In this document: positions 63,403 to 64,000 of the stretch, one piece after another
Numbering within the stretch: position 1 is the first letter of the stretch
Layout: every line of letters starts with the position of its first letter
Assembly: GCA_947488755.1 (NCBI GenBank)
Contig: CANLAD010000001.1
Location: 198,247-262,246 of the forward strand
Source: an uncultured Erythrobacter sp.
GTDB lineage: Bacteria; Pseudomonadota; Alphaproteobacteria; Sphingomonadales; Sphingomonadaceae
DNA: 64,000 nt
Direction of reading: 5' to 3'
Translations under genes and position numbers: made by a program
The notes under the pieces: generated by a model
Database searches by the model: none
What the model saw: only the letters and a program-made list of their open reading frames with translations
What the model was told of the DNA's origin: nothing

Positions 63403-64000
63403 ATGCTAGGCCGGACCGCCAATGGCCTGTTCTGGATGTTCCGCTACCTCGAGCGGGCGGAGAACACCGCGCGCCTGCTGGAAGCAGGGCTGCGAATGGC
63501 GCTGACCCGCGACCTCACCACTGCGCGCGAGGAATGGCGCTCGGTGATCTCAACGCTCGGTCAACGCAGGCAGTACGAAGCTGGTTACGAGGATTACGAA
63601 GGCCCCTCGGCGTGGAATTTCGTTTTGCGCGACAAGGCCAATCCGGCCAATGTGCGCGAGATGTTCGGCGCGGTGCGTTCGAACGCGCGCGTGGCCCGCA
63701 CCAGCATTTCCAGCGAGATGTGGGAAGCGGTCAACGAAAGCTGGATGAAGCTTGATTCCATGCTGTCGCGCCCGGTCAGCCAGAGCGCGGTTGGCGACGT
63801 CGTCACCACCATCCGGCGGGCGGGCACACAGGTTCACGGCGCGCTCGATGGATCGATGCTGCGCAATGAGGCATATCATTTCGCCCGCGCTGGCACCTAT
63901 GTCGAACGCGCGGAAAGCACGGCGCGTATCCTCGACATGAAATATTACCTCCTGCTGCCCTCGCTCAATCACGTCGGCTCCAGCCTCGATAGCGGGCAAT
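63403..64000 (+). CDS. alpha-E domain protein (COG2307 family), 5' part; continues beyond right edge
   Basis: The ORF is open from ATG 63403 to the window end. My translation is MLGRTANGLFWMFRYLERAENTARLLEAGL...SMLRNEAYHFARAGTYVERAESTARILDMKY, the typical alpha-E N-terminal signature. It is the usual partner of the upstream ATP-grasp gene. Confidence 0.8.
   Translation, partial: MLGRTANGLFWMFRYLERAENTARLLEAGLRMALTRDLTTAREEWRSVISTLGQRRQYEAGYEDYEGPSAWNFVLRDKANPANVREMFGAVRSNARVARTSISSEMWEAVNESWMKLDSMLSRPVSQSAVGDVVTTIRRAGTQVHGALDGSMLRNEAYHFARAGTYVERAESTARILDMKYYLLLPSLNHVGSSLDSGQ

Overview
High-GC (roughly 60-65 percent by eye) alphaproteobacterial chromosome segment. Gene content looks Sphingomonadales/Erythrobacteraceae-like: crtW-crtZ, the alphaproteobacterial F1-ATPase zeta inhibitor, GcrA, and a Mic60-like gene next to hemCD. 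I can support about 70 protein genes, one tRNA-Ser(CGA), several intrinsic terminators and one near-consensus sigma54 promoter. I found no CRISPR array, rRNA, transposase or integrase. Most of the window is housekeeping: bolA-grxD, leuCD, rimP-nusA-ylxR-infB-rbfA, truB-rpsO-pnp, tdk, glpD, gcrA, tsaD-gpsA, hemCD, uvrB and ubiquinone/DsbD functions. It also carries a small catabolic/respiratory block: alanine dehydrogenase, alternative oxidase, FAH-MaiA and GcdH. The stand-out is the locus at 7.8-12.3 kb. A divergent pspF activator faces a near-perfect -24/-12 promoter that fires first into a 55-codon ORF and then pspA-pspB-pspC. Five further tandem, translationally coupled genes follow. They encode single-pass membrane proteins that share the PspB/PspC leucine-zipper-like tail motif (LExRVxVLERIxTD...EIExLR). 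I am not aware of a description of such an expanded Psp array. Secondary items are listed as findings and include: a candidate sigma54-type sRNA at 0.65-0.78 kb; glpD, whose FAD-binding motif lies upstream of any ATG/GTG/TTG; a 36-bp in-frame tandem repeat in nusA; an RGG-rich tail on PNPase; a secreted poly-acidic mini-protein; a bacterial alternative oxidase; and an ATGA-coupled crtW-crtZ ketocarotenoid cassette. All homology calls rest on motif recognition by eye, with no database search. Start codons were often moved downstream of the ORF-track starts, and the reasons are given per feature.
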